From Acidobacteriota bacterium (lineage in GTDB: Bacteria; Acidobacteriota; UBA890; WLXD01): DNA of 64,000 nt. Under the pieces are notes generated by a model that worked only from the letters and a program-made list of their open reading frames with translations, was not told the origin of the DNA and did not search any database. Location of the stretch: NCBI GenBank assembly GCA_963666215.2, contig CAXWPL010000005.1, forward strand, positions 1,546,013 through 1,610,012. Reading direction: 5' to 3'. Position numbers and translations under genes: made by a program. Positions within the stretch are counted from its first letter, which is position 1. Each line of letters begins with the position of its first letter. This document shows, one piece after another, positions 10,020 through 20,046 of the stretch.

Positions 10020-10275
10020 ATGACTTCATCGAGGCGACACACTTTCACCGCCTTCGCGCTGGCGCCGCTTCTCGCCGCGACCGTCTTCGCCTATGAGCCA
10101 CCACGAACCGCCGACGGCAGACCCGACCTGCAGGGAGTCTGGACCAACTCGTCTCTGACCGGATTGTCGCGCCCGCGAGGGATCGACAAACGGGTGCTGA
10201 GCCCAGACCAGGCCGAGCAGTTGGCTGCTGGCCATTTTCACAACCTCCGCCTGGCCAAAGAGCTCGAGAAAGGGA
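10020..10275 (+). pseudogene. Truncated secreted protein (PRTADGRPDLQGVW-type N-terminus)
   Basis: Signal peptide then YEPPRTADGRPDLQGVWTNSSLTGLSRP; similarity appears to end after about 80 aa. Confidence 0.55.
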
Positions 10276-10365
10276 TAGGCGTTTCCTTGGGCGCCAGGCA
10301 TCGTATCGGTTTGGTCGAGCGAACGCATGGGCAGCTCGACGCCGTAATGCGCGGCTCGACGCGCG

Positions 10366-10624
10366 CCGAGCGGCGTGATTAGCAGGTAATGGCGCCGCTA
10401 TGGCAGCTATGCCGTGCGCGGCGCGGCGCATTGGCTGAACTCGGCTGAGCTAGTGCACAGCTCTGCCACGCCGATGGAATGAGGATCAGCTCACTGGCTA
10501 GGGAGTCGTGCGGTCGCTGCCGGCGCCGATGACCTTCGAGCACGAGGGCAAACAGTACATCGTCGTGGCCTTCGGCGACCGCACGACGAAGCCCGAGTTC
10601 ATCGCCTTCGTGCTCAGGACCTAG
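10366..10624. repeat. About 260-bp direct repeat, copy 1, containing the tail of a PQQ-dehydrogenase-like gene
   Basis: Near identical to 12439-12703; encodes APMTFEHEGKQYIVVAFG. Confidence 0.9.
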
Positions 10625-10759
10625 TAGGCGTCTGCGCGGCAGGAAACGAAACCGCACCAGTGCCCCCACTCTTCCGCCTTCCCGCGTGGTTTCTAGAATA
10701 CCCATCCCTATCGCTACGTCGCCCTTCTTGCCTCGCGCCCAGGCTCATATAATCCAGCG

Positions 10760-12211
10760 ATGCCATTCTATCTCCAGGTCCACTCAGCGAAGCGCGCGAG
10801 TGGATCGCGACTCGCCTGTCTCGCACTGCTCTTCATCGCACTTCTAGGCGCCTCGTGCTCTACAGAGCCGGCGGTCGACAAGCCAAACGTGCTGCTCATT
10901 ACTCTCGACACCTTGCGAGCCGACCACCTTTCTTGCTACGGCTACGAGAAGGAGACCAGCCCCTTCCTGGACAGCCTGGCGGCAACGGGAACTCGGTTCG
11001 ACGCGGCCTATGCAGCCAGCAACATCACCAAGCCATCGCACGCCTCCATTCTGACCGGCCTTTACCCGAAAAACCACGGCCTCCTGAGTAACAGCGAGGG
11101 GCTGCTCAATGATGCCATCACCACCTTGGCGGAATCGTTCAAAGATAGCGGCTACTTCACCTTCGCCGTCGTCGGTACCGATCTGCTGAACGACCGTCGT
11201 AGCGGCCTCGGGCAAGGATTCGACATTTTCGAAAACTCACCCCAACCTCAGCGCCGAGCGGAGGCAGTCACCCAGCTGGCGGTGGACCAGCTACACGAGT
11301 TGCCGAACAAACCGTTTTTCGCCTGGATTCATTTCTACGACCCCCACATCCCGTACAACCCGCCAAAGGTTTTGGTAGAGCATTTTTCATCGCCAACACC
11401 CAACTCCGTGCCGACCAATCTGGAGGTAAGGCCATTTCGCGAGGACCAGATGGTCAAGGGAGCCATCCCTGCTTCATCGAGTCTGCCAGGCGTCACCGAT
11501 CCAAGCGTTTACTCGGCGGCCTATGACGGTGAAATCGCCTACCTGGACTATGCCCTCAAGATCTTGTTTAACAACCTGGAACTTGTCGGTCGGCGCAACA
11601 ACACAATCGTCGGTATCACGGCAGACCACGGCGAGATGCTCGGCGAGCGCGGAATTTTCTACAACCACGCCTCCCTCTACGAGCCCGTGATAAGAGTGCC
11701 CATGATCCTCGTGGCAACCGACCATCGACTGCCTCCGGTAGTCGAAACGGTAGTCGAGAACATCGACCTCGGGCTGACCTTGCTGGAGCTCGCCGGGCTG
11801 GAAGCGCCGAGCAATCTCGACGCCAAGAGCCTTATTCCCGCCTTGGCCGGCCGAGCATCACCAGCAACAAATCGAGCCTTCTCGCAGCACTCCTACGACC
11901 TGTTGATCTCGCTACGCACCTCAACCGACACGCTAGTTCTTCCCATCCCATCGGCGGAAAAGATCATCGTGACCCCCTTCTCACGCTTCGATCGATCGAC
12001 CTATCTACAATACGTCAGCGGCGAGCTGCCCATTCTCATAAGTAGCTCCGAGCCCGGCCAAAACATCTACTCAAAGAATCCCGAGCGAGCGCAGAGCTTG
12101 CAGGCAGACCTGGAAGACTGGTATGCGGAACGCCGGCAAACTCCAGCACCAATTCGGGGAAACCTGAGCGAAGAGGAAAAACGACAGCTGGAAGCTCTCG
12201 GCTATCTGTAG
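10760..12211 (+). CDS. Sulfatase (Ser-type) lipoprotein
   Basis: PNVLLITLDTLRADHLSCYGY, TKPSHASILTGLYP, WIHFYDPH, TADHGE, QLEALGYL. Confidence 0.9.
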   Translation: MPFYLQVHSAKRASGSRLACLALLFIALLGASCSTEPAVDKPNVLLITLDTLRADHLSCYGYEKETSPFLDSLAATGTRFDAAYAASNITKPSHASILTGLYPKNHGLLSNSEGLLNDAITTLAESFKDSGYFTFAVVGTDLLNDRRSGLGQGFDIFENSPQPQRRAEAVTQLAVDQLHELPNKPFFAWIHFYDPHIPYNPPKVLVEHFSSPTPNSVPTNLEVRPFREDQMVKGAIPASSSLPGVTDPSVYSAAYDGEIAYLDYALKILFNNLELVGRRNNTIVGITADHGEMLGERGIFYNHASLYEPVIRVPMILVATDHRLPPVVETVVENIDLGLTLLELAGLEAPSNLDAKSLIPALAGRASPATNRAFSQHSYDLLISLRTSTDTLVLPIPSAEKIIVTPFSRFDRSTYLQYVSGELPILISSSEPGQNIYSKNPERAQSLQADLEDWYAERRQTPAPIRGNLSEEEKRQLEALGYL

Positions 12212-12438
12212 CGCTCTCAGGGCCTAGCCCTGGGCAGAGGTTGGACGCACTCGACAACCGTGACACCGCGGTGTCGATGACGACCGGCGGGAACTGAGTC
12301 GGGCAGCAAGTCCGCTAGCGGCAGGAGCTGAACCTCGCACAGCCTCCTCTCTGACGACCGCCGCTGACTACCGGAACGGATCACACCTGAGGAGCACCAA
12401 GGCCAGAAATCCGATTGCAGAACTTGACGCACACAACT

Positions 12439-12703
12439 CCGAGCGGCGTGATTAGCAGGTAATGGCGCCGCTATGGCAGCTATGCCGTGCGCGTCGCGTC
12501 GCACTCGCTGAACTCGGCTGAGCTAGTGCTAGTGCACAGCTCTGCCACGCCGATGGAATGAGGATCAGCTCACTGGCTAGGGAGTCGTGCGGTCGCTGCC
12601 GGCGCCGATGACCTTCGAGCACGAGGGCAAACAGTACATCGTCGTGGCCTTCGGCGACCGCACGACGAAGCCCGAGCTCATCGGCTTCGTGCTCGGGACC
12701 TAG
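12439..12703. repeat. About 260-bp direct repeat, copy 2
   Basis: Matches 10366-10624 with about 7 substitutions and an extra CTAGTG. Confidence 0.9.
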
Positions 12704-12851
12704 AGGAGCGTGTCCGAGTGTTCCTTCTGAGCCGTTCCCCGGAGCGAATAGGAAGCACCGCCCGGGTGCGCCGTCCTCGGCGCCAAAAGGCAACTAGCCG
12801 GGGCGCGCCTAGCGCAGGAAATGATAGCCATCATTTCCTGCGCTAGGCTAG
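12700..12851 (+). repeat. CTAG-bounded REP-like module, type A
   Basis: GGAGCGTGTCCGAG...GCGAATAGGAAGCA...GCGCCGTCCTCGGCGCCAA...; ends in a perfect 19-bp-arm palindrome at 12807-12848; similar to 19805-19935 and 32443-32574. Confidence 0.85.
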
Positions 12852-14533
12852 TTCTCGAAGCCGATCGGCTCGATGTTGCAGATCGAGTAGGTCAACGGCG
12901 GGCGAGGACCCCAAAGCGGCTCGACCGTGATCGATCGCCAGTCTTCGATCTCCTCCTCGAGCGACTGGATCACCTCGGGGCGCTCACCCGCGAGGTTGTT
13001 CTGTTCGCGCACGTCCACAGATAGGTCGTAGAGGAAGCCCAGGGGCTCATCCTGGTTGGGCTTGATGAGCTTCATATCGCCCTGGCGAACCGCAATGGCC
13101 GGAGACATGCGGAATACCAGACGGTCGTGATGCGAACCCCCACCCCCTTCCTCGAACAGCGGCAGGAGATTGTGACCGTCGAGGGCGAGACCCTCGGGCG
13201 CGGTCTGCCCCGCGGCGGCGATTGCGGTTGGCAGGATGTCGAGTGAAGACACCGGCGTGCTCACCCGGCTACCCGCTTCGATCGCCTGTGGCCACCGCAT
13301 CAAGAACGGCACTCGCACGCCGCCCTCGTAGAAGGTGGCCTTGCCGCCCGAAAGCGGCTCGCAAGAGCACAGTCCCGGGACATAGCCTGCGCAGCCGTTA
13401 TCGCCGAGGAAAACGACGAGGGTGTTGTCGGCAAGACCGTTCTCCTCGAGAGTGTCGAGGATGCGCCCGACCGCATCGTCGAGGGCAGCGATCATCCCGA
13501 AGTAGATGCGCAGGAGCTCGTTTTTCTGGTCCGGAAAGCGGTCGTAGTGCTCCTGGGTGACTTGAAAGGGCGAATGCGGCGCATTGAACGCGGACTAAAG
13601 AAAAAAGGGCTCGTCTTTGTGCCGGCTGATGAAGTCGACCGATCTCTCACCGAATACGTCGGTGATGTACTCCGCCACTTCGCGGACCGTCCTCTCGGGC
13701 CCTTCGACGATTTGGTTGCCTCCGCTTCGGTTGGGCGGAGAGAGGGGCTCGCTTCCACGAACGAGGAGATCAGTGCGCGGGTCTTCAGGCGGTCTGGCAC
13801 GAAGTTCGTCGTCGAACGCCATCGAATGAACCCCTTGCGAGAGCACATTGACGAATTGCGTTGCTCCCGAGAGATGACCGTAGAACTCGTCGAAGCCGCG
13901 ATGGGTCGGATAGTGTTCGTCTTTGAAACCGAGGTGCCACTTGCCAACGATGCCGGTCGCGTAGCCGGCGCGCTTGAGATGATCGGCGATCGTCAGCTCA
14001 CCGGCGATGAGGCCGACATCAGGCACCTCGGGTGACTCGCGAGCGTTGTGCTCGAAGCCATAGCGCTGCTGGTAACGACCGGTCATGAGGGCCGCGCGCG
14101 AAGGCGAGCAAACCGGCGTGGTCACATAGCCCTGCTCGAAGATCGCGCCCTCTTTGCCGATGCGATCGATGTTGGGTGTCGCCACCCGGTCGCCGTAGGT
14201 CGAGATGTCGGCATAGCCGAGATCGTCGGCGAGGATCACGATGATGTTCGGTTGACGTGCCGGCTCCGGAGCCTGGGCTCTCTCCGCCGCTGAGGGATCC
14301 GACCCCTCGTTTGCGCAGGCGCTCAAGGCCAACGCGACAAGACATATCAACCCTAGACCAGCGTTTCCGAAGTTCGCGCCACCTATCTCGGCCCCTTCTG
14401 CCCGCTGGCAGCGTTGCACCTCCTCGACAGATTCCCAATATGCCTGCGTCGGCGCGCCTTGCCAGCGAACAGAATGACCTCGAGCTATGCGACTCGAACT
14501 TCGGAAACGCTGGTCTACTGTCAGCGTTCTCAT
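12848..14533 (-). pseudogene. Arylsulfatase-family lipoprotein with an in-frame TAG (13595-13597) and a MITE in the signal peptide
   Basis: PNIIVILADDLGY, CSPSRAALMTGRY, GKWHLG, EPFFL*SAFNAPHSP, GDNG, YEGGVRVP; both ORF halves are in the same frame. Confidence 0.85.
14356..14515. mobile_element. 160-bp MITE with TA target duplication
   Basis: Perfect 21-bp terminal inverted repeats GACCAGCGTTTCCGAAGTTCG / CGAACTTCGGAAACGCTGGTC, each flanked by TA. Confidence 0.85.
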
Positions 14534-14638
14534 TTACAGTGCCTCCGCCAAATCCGCCAGGGGTCTACAGCCTCGGTGCGCTCATCGCGGGCCGCGCTTC
14601 TTTGAGTATACTACCGGCAACAGAGGAGAGGAGATCTG

Positions 14639-15187
14639 ATGTCGACCTTCACGCAGAGAGTGATCGGAGCCGCGAAACTCGACGTCGATATCTACGAAGA
14701 GGTCGAGGCGGACACCAGCGCCATGGGTCAGGCGATGACCCTGGTGGTTCTGTCGAGCTTGGCGGCCGGCGTCGTGAGCTTCCGCGAGGTCGGCATTGTC
14801 GGTGTCCTAATCACCAGCATACTTTCCCTCCTTGGCTGGTTCATTTGGGCGGGTGTGACCTACCTGATCGGCACGAAGATCCTCCCCGAGCCGCAGACCG
14901 ATTCGAACGTCGGCGAGCTGTTGCGCACCATCGGCTTCGCGTCGAGTCCCGGCTTGCTTCGCGTCTTCGGGTTCCTGCCGGCCGTCGGCTCCATCATCAA
15001 CTTCGTCGTGGGCATCTGGATGCTGGTCGCGATGGTGGTGGCGGTACGACAGGCTCTCGACTACAAGGGCACCGGTCGAGCGATCGGAGTTTGTCTGATC
15101 GGCTGGCTCTTCTACTTTCTTGTGGGGGTCTTTGCCATCTTCATCCTGGCCGGCCTGGGTCTCGTCGCCGGGGACTCCGCCGGCTGA
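14639..15187 (+). CDS. YIP1-family membrane protein
   Basis: IGAAKLDVDIYEEVEAD, LLRTIGFASSPG, VVAVRQALDY; about 5 TM segments. Confidence 0.8.
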   Translation: MSTFTQRVIGAAKLDVDIYEEVEADTSAMGQAMTLVVLSSLAAGVVSFREVGIVGVLITSILSLLGWFIWAGVTYLIGTKILPEPQTDSNVGELLRTIGFASSPGLLRVFGFLPAVGSIINFVVGIWMLVAMVVAVRQALDYKGTGRAIGVCLIGWLFYFLVGVFAIFILAGLGLVAGDSAG

Positions 15188-15455
15188 ATAGCGCCGCCGA
15201 TGGCCTGACGGCACCGGCCCTCGCTTACCGCGGGCGCTAGCGCCAACTCACGAAAGAACGCGCCGAGGAAGCGGTCCGCTGGATCGAGCTCCTGGCACAA
15301 CTGGTTCCAGGATCGCGAAAGTCTCGTGCCGATCGATCGGGATGTCGCCTTCTTCATGGACGCAACACGGAGAGAGGCCTGGTGCCACTTGCGAGGCCGA
15401 CTGTGATAAACAGTCCACGACCTAACGACAATCTCAATCTCGAGGAGGGAACGCT

Positions 15456-16280
15456 ATGACAAGCATGGTGAAGGGGCAGGCCCGTTCCAAAAGCAGCGTG
15501 CTGGGCTGGGTAGGGGTTTCGATCGTGATCGCGGTGGTGCTTGCACTCGGCTGTGGCGGCGGCGGGGCGCCGGACGAGGGCGAGGCAGCCGCCGACGCCG
15601 AGGCGGCCGCCGACGTCGAGGCGCCGGTATCGTACCCGGATGCGGTGACCGCCGATCCGGATCACTACTCGGTGGAGTTCGAGAACGATGCGGTGCGGGT
15701 GCTGCGCATCCGCTACGGCGCCGGCGAGTCGTCGGTGATGCACCATCACCCCCCGAACTGCGCGGTGTTCCTGTCGGACCAGCCGACGACGTTCGAGCTG
15801 CCGTCAGGAGAGGTCGTGGAGCAGCCGCAGGGCGAGACCGGTCAGGTGACGTGCACGGACGGTGAGGACCATCTGCCGACCAACACCGGCGACGAGGGCC
15901 TCGAGCTTATCCTGGTAGAGATGAGTGACAGCGCGATGGCCGGCACGGACGCGATGCCGGAGTACCCGGATGCGGTGACCGCCGATCCGGATCACTACTC
16001 GGTGGAGTTCGAGAACGACACGGTAAGGCTGGTGAGGATTCGCTACGGGCCGGGCGAGACGTCGGTGATGCACCACCATCCGGCGAACTGCGTGATCTTC
16101 CTGAAGGACCAGCCGACGACGTTCGAGTTGCCGTCGGGAGAGGTCGTGGAGCAGCCGCAGGGCGAGACCGGTCAGGTGGCCTGCGACGACGCGGAGGCGC
16201 ACCTGCCGACGAACACCGGCGACGAGGGGCTCGAGGTATTGCTGGTGGAGATGAAGGGGCGCGCGGCGGCCGGCGGGTGA
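15456..16280 (+). CDS. Lipoprotein with tandem cupin domains
   Basis: Lipobox ALGC; two copies of DAVTADPDHYSVEFENDxVRxxRIRYGxGExSVMHHHP. Confidence 0.8.
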   Translation: MTSMVKGQARSKSSVLGWVGVSIVIAVVLALGCGGGGAPDEGEAAADAEAAADVEAPVSYPDAVTADPDHYSVEFENDAVRVLRIRYGAGESSVMHHHPPNCAVFLSDQPTTFELPSGEVVEQPQGETGQVTCTDGEDHLPTNTGDEGLELILVEMSDSAMAGTDAMPEYPDAVTADPDHYSVEFENDTVRLVRIRYGPGETSVMHHHPANCVIFLKDQPTTFELPSGEVVEQPQGETGQVACDDAEAHLPTNTGDEGLEVLLVEMKGRAAAGG

Positions 16281-16448
16281 GGCTCGGCGCGCGTTCTGGC
16301 GCGCTGTGTAGGCAGGCTAGCCCCGACAGATGCTTGCCGCAGTGCCGTAAAGCATCACCTTCCTTCGTCGTCGTCGGGGTGACCGGGGGGATACTAGGAA
16401 AATACAAGCCCTGTGTGGCACGATGAGGCTATCAACCGGGGGAGTACC

Positions 16449-17726
16449 ATGGACCAGCGCAAGGTCATCGCGAATCAAATTGCAGCGGTTGGGGAGACAG
16501 TCTTGTCGGCTTATGTGCCTCCCCCGCAACGCACGAAAGGGCAGCCGGCACCCATCGCTGCGAACGGAGGTTTGTCCTACATGTCGCTCGATCGGGGCGG
16601 GGATGCAGGAACTGCGGCGGCGACGGAGGCGGCGTTCACCCAGATTGCCGAGGGGCACGGGCGGGCGGTTATCGACATGCTCGACAACGCTCCCCCCGGA
16701 CCCATCGAGACCAAGTGGGGCGCCGGGTTTCGTCGCTACGCAGAGTGCCTGGAATATATTAGGGCGAACAACATCGAAGCTCCTGAAGGCGGCCTCGCTC
16801 TTCCGCTGCGCTACACCGTCCACGAGCAGCCGTCCTACTCCATCGTCTCGTCCAACGCCCTCTGGCGGGACCCGGCGCGTGAGGCCGAGGCAGAAGCATT
16901 GCGCAAGGAGGAGAAGGACATCGGGCGGCGATGCCTCTATTTTCCGCAGGTGATGCGCGATGCTCGACGAGTGGAGGAGTACTACCCAGGTCTGAAGCCG
17001 ACCAGCCCCGAGTGTATGGACAAGCTTGGCCTCTCGCTGGCGCACTGCGAGTCCGAGTGCGCGAACTTCTACGACGCAGCGGAGGTGGAGCGCGTGTTCT
17101 ACCCGGAGATCGAGAAGCTCCTGCTGGAGTTTTTCCCGGGCGCGACGGATGCGTTCGTGTACAACCACGACGTATTCGACAAGGACTACCAGGGAGACCG
17201 CACCGAGGACCAGGACAACAAGAACCCCGGTGTGAACGCCAACTACGCCAACCTCGTGCACAACGACTTGAACGACAACAGTGGTCGCATGCGCTGCCGC
17301 GAGCTGCTAACCAAGAACCTGCGAAACTTCGGGCGCGAGCAGCGCTATACGGAAGAGCAGGCCGACGCGAAGATGTCGCGGCGCTTCATGTCGATCAACC
17401 TCGCCAAGCCGATAGAGACTGTGCGTCAGAACCCTTTCGTGCTCTGCGCCTGGCCCTCTTTCGTCGACCAGCCGTACATCACCAACTACCGCGTCTACGA
17501 TGACCGCGTCGGCGAGACCACCCGCTTCACCTACCACCCAGACCACGAGTGGTACTGGTTCCCCCAGCAGACGCCCAGCGAGGTCTCGATGCTCAAGTGC
17601 TACGACTCTGTCACCGACGGCTCCGTCTCGCGCTGGTCTTTCCACACTGCCTGCATCGACCCGACCGCGCCCGACGATGCTCCCTGCCGCAGGAACGTCG
17701 TGGTCCGATCCTACGTCTTCTTCTAG
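16449..17726 (+). CDS. CmcJ/NvfI (AsaB-like) oxidoreductase with N-terminal extension
   Basis: ANLVHNDL, RFMSINLAKPI, HEWYWFPQQTPSEVSMLKCYDS, FHTACIDP...RRNVVVR; GGAG upstream of the ATG. Confidence 0.75.
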   Translation: MDQRKVIANQIAAVGETVLSAYVPPPQRTKGQPAPIAANGGLSYMSLDRGGDAGTAAATEAAFTQIAEGHGRAVIDMLDNAPPGPIETKWGAGFRRYAECLEYIRANNIEAPEGGLALPLRYTVHEQPSYSIVSSNALWRDPAREAEAEALRKEEKDIGRRCLYFPQVMRDARRVEEYYPGLKPTSPECMDKLGLSLAHCESECANFYDAAEVERVFYPEIEKLLLEFFPGATDAFVYNHDVFDKDYQGDRTEDQDNKNPGVNANYANLVHNDLNDNSGRMRCRELLTKNLRNFGREQRYTEEQADAKMSRRFMSINLAKPIETVRQNPFVLCAWPSFVDQPYITNYRVYDDRVGETTRFTYHPDHEWYWFPQQTPSEVSMLKCYDSVTDGSVSRWSFHTACIDPTAPDDAPCRRNVVVRSYVFF

Positions 17727-17849
17727 GCGCGATAGACGCGCGCGGCGATGCCGTAGAACATCGCCTGCTTCTCTCGTCCTCCGAGAAGCCAGCCACGATC
17801 TTCCTTAAGCCGTTCCACAGCACGGGGTAGGAGATCGAGAGTTTGTCGA

Positions 17850-17925
17850 CCGCGATTCGGACTTCTCGGCGGCAGTTTCACCGTGTGCACACCGCTGCAC
17901 TCGAGGATCTCCTTGAACATGTGGG
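17850..17925 (-). pseudogene. Integrase-core transposase remnant
   Basis: RDAHMFKEILECSGVHTVKLPPRSPN resembles the rve segment preceding NxxAER. Confidence 0.45.
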
Positions 17926-18005
17926 CGTCGCGCCAGCGGAGCCTCGACCTTGAACTCTCTCTAGGGTACTGTCGAATTAGACCTCTGGGCGCCAGAGTCG
18001 ACAAA

Positions 18006-19739
18006 ATGGACGACGGCCGTAGACCACCGCTTCCTCGGAAGCCGCTCAGGCTGTGGCCCGGCGTGCTCGCCGCGGCTCTGCTGTGTCTGTTCAGGTTCGT
18101 GGTCCCTTTCGTCTGGCCCGAAACCATGATTTTCGGGATCCTTGGCGGAGCCATCTGCTCGTTGGCGATCATCGTGTGGTGGGCACTCTTGAGTCGGGCA
18201 CCAGGGCTCGAGCGTTGGGGGACACTCGGCCTCATGGTGATCACCCTCTTCGCGACGCGGCCCCTCCTCCACGAATCACTGGCGCAGGCGGGTCAGGGGA
18301 TCTTGTTTTTCGTCTACGCTGTCCCTGCTCTGGTCCTCGGCCTCGTAGCGGGGGCGATGGCCGGCCGTCGCCTTTCCACCGGGGGTCGGCGCGCGACGAT
18401 GGTCGCGACGATCCTGATCGCGAGTGGAGTGTGGATCCTCCTTCGGACTGGTGGCGTCAGTGGCAGCGGCGCATCGGACTTCGCTTGGCGCTGGTCGCCG
18501 ACCCCCGAAGAGCGATTGCTTGCTGCAGCCGACGAGGATATGGCCCGGGTGTCGCCGACTCCGCCGGAGGGGGTTGCGGGCGCCGATTGGCCCGGCTTTC
18601 GCGGGCCGCATCGCAACGGCATCATCCGGGGTGTTCGAGTCAAAACGGACTGGTCCGCTTCGCCGCCGGTCGAGCTCTGGCGCCGGCCCGTCGGACCGGG
18701 CTGGTCGTCTTTCGCCGTCTATGGCGACCTGTTCTACACCCAAGAGCAGAGAGGCGGCGATGAGGTCGTGGCCGCCTACCGTCTAGCCAGCGGCGAGCCG
18801 GTATGGAGACATAGCGATTCGGCTCGGTTCTGGGAGGCGAACGGCGGCGCGGGTCCGCGCGCAACACCGACTGTCAGCAACGGTCGCGTCTACACCTTCG
18901 GCGCGACGGGCATCGTGAACGCACTCGATGCCGCTGACGGCACCCTCTTGTGGTCGCGCAGCGCAGCGGCCGACACGGGAGCCGAGGCCCCGTTCTGGGG
19001 CTTTTCGAGCTCGCCGCTGCTGGTCGGCGACATCGTGGTCATCTCCGCGGACGACGCGCTCGTCGCCTACGAGCTCGCCTCCGGCGATCCGCGTTGGTTC
19101 GGCCCGAGACCGGTGGGGAGCGAGAGCTATAGCTCCCCACATCTGGCGACGATCGACGGGATCGAGCAGATCCTGCTGATCAGCGGAGCCGGAGCGGTCG
19201 GCGTAGCGCCGGCCGACGGCACGCTGCTCTGGCAGCACCCCTGGCCCGGTAGCCCCATCGTACAGCCGGCCCTGACCGCCGACGGCGATGTCCTGATAAC
19301 CATTCCCGGTGCCAGTGGTTCGCTCGGTATGCGCCGCATCGGTGTCGCTTACGCATCCGGCCGATGGAGCATCGAAGAGCGCTGGACCTCGAACCGGCTG
19401 AAGCCGTTCTTCAATGATTTCGTCATCCACAAGGGCCACGTTTACGGCTTCGACGGTGGCATTCTCGCCTGCATCGACATCGAGGACGGCACTCGTCAAT
19501 GGAAAGGTGGGCGCTACGGTCACGGCCAGCTCGTCTTGCTGGCCGACCAGGACGTGCTGCTGGTGTTGTCTGAGCGCGGCGAGCTCGCGCTGGTCGGCGC
19601 GACCCCGGACGAGTTCACAGAGCTCGGGCGCTTCCCGGCGATCGAGAGCAAGACGTGGAACCATCCGGCGCTGGTCGGCGACATCCTTCTGGTACGCAAC
19701 GCCCAGGAGATGGCCGCCTTCCGGCTGGCCCTCGAGTAG
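18006..19739 (+). CDS. Membrane-anchored PQQ-binding-like beta-propeller protein
   Basis: N-terminal TMs; DWPGFRGPHRNG, GPGWSSF, GAGPRATPT, KTWNHPALVG. Confidence 0.85.
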   Translation: MDDGRRPPLPRKPLRLWPGVLAAALLCLFRFVVPFVWPETMIFGILGGAICSLAIIVWWALLSRAPGLERWGTLGLMVITLFATRPLLHESLAQAGQGILFFVYAVPALVLGLVAGAMAGRRLSTGGRRATMVATILIASGVWILLRTGGVSGSGASDFAWRWSPTPEERLLAAADEDMARVSPTPPEGVAGADWPGFRGPHRNGIIRGVRVKTDWSASPPVELWRRPVGPGWSSFAVYGDLFYTQEQRGGDEVVAAYRLASGEPVWRHSDSARFWEANGGAGPRATPTVSNGRVYTFGATGIVNALDAADGTLLWSRSAAADTGAEAPFWGFSSSPLLVGDIVVISADDALVAYELASGDPRWFGPRPVGSESYSSPHLATIDGIEQILLISGAGAVGVAPADGTLLWQHPWPGSPIVQPALTADGDVLITIPGASGSLGMRRIGVAYASGRWSIEERWTSNRLKPFFNDFVIHKGHVYGFDGGILACIDIEDGTRQWKGGRYGHGQLVLLADQDVLLVLSERGELALVGATPDEFTELGRFPAIESKTWNHPALVGDILLVRNAQEMAAFRLALE

Positions 19740-19804
19740 AGCGCTCGCTCCGGGCGCATGATGAGTGGGAACCAGCTCACTCAGCCGCTCCCCCAGCAGC
19801 ACGC

Positions 19805-19935
19805 CTAGCCTCCAGAAATGATTCCTATCATTTCCTGCGGCTAGTTGTCCTTTGGCGCCGAGGACGGCGCACTCAGGCGTTGCTTCCTATTCGCTCACGG
19901 AAACGGCTCAGGAAGAATACTCGGAACGCTCCTGG
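19805..19935 (-). repeat. CTAG-bounded REP-like module, type A (inverted copy)
   Basis: Reverse complement of 32443-32574 with scattered mismatches. Confidence 0.85.
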
Positions 19936-20046
19936 CCCAGTCAAAGCGACGCAGTCCGTGTCCGTCTGGGGCCGCTGGTATTGCGGTCTCGAGTCGGTTC
20001 ATGGGAGGTAGAATGCTCGACGCGAACCACCACCAAGGAGAGAACC

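Noticed and set aside
12217-12438. Possible IS end remnant (AACTTGACGCACAC)
   Set aside because: No partner end or recognisable transposase segment could be confirmed.
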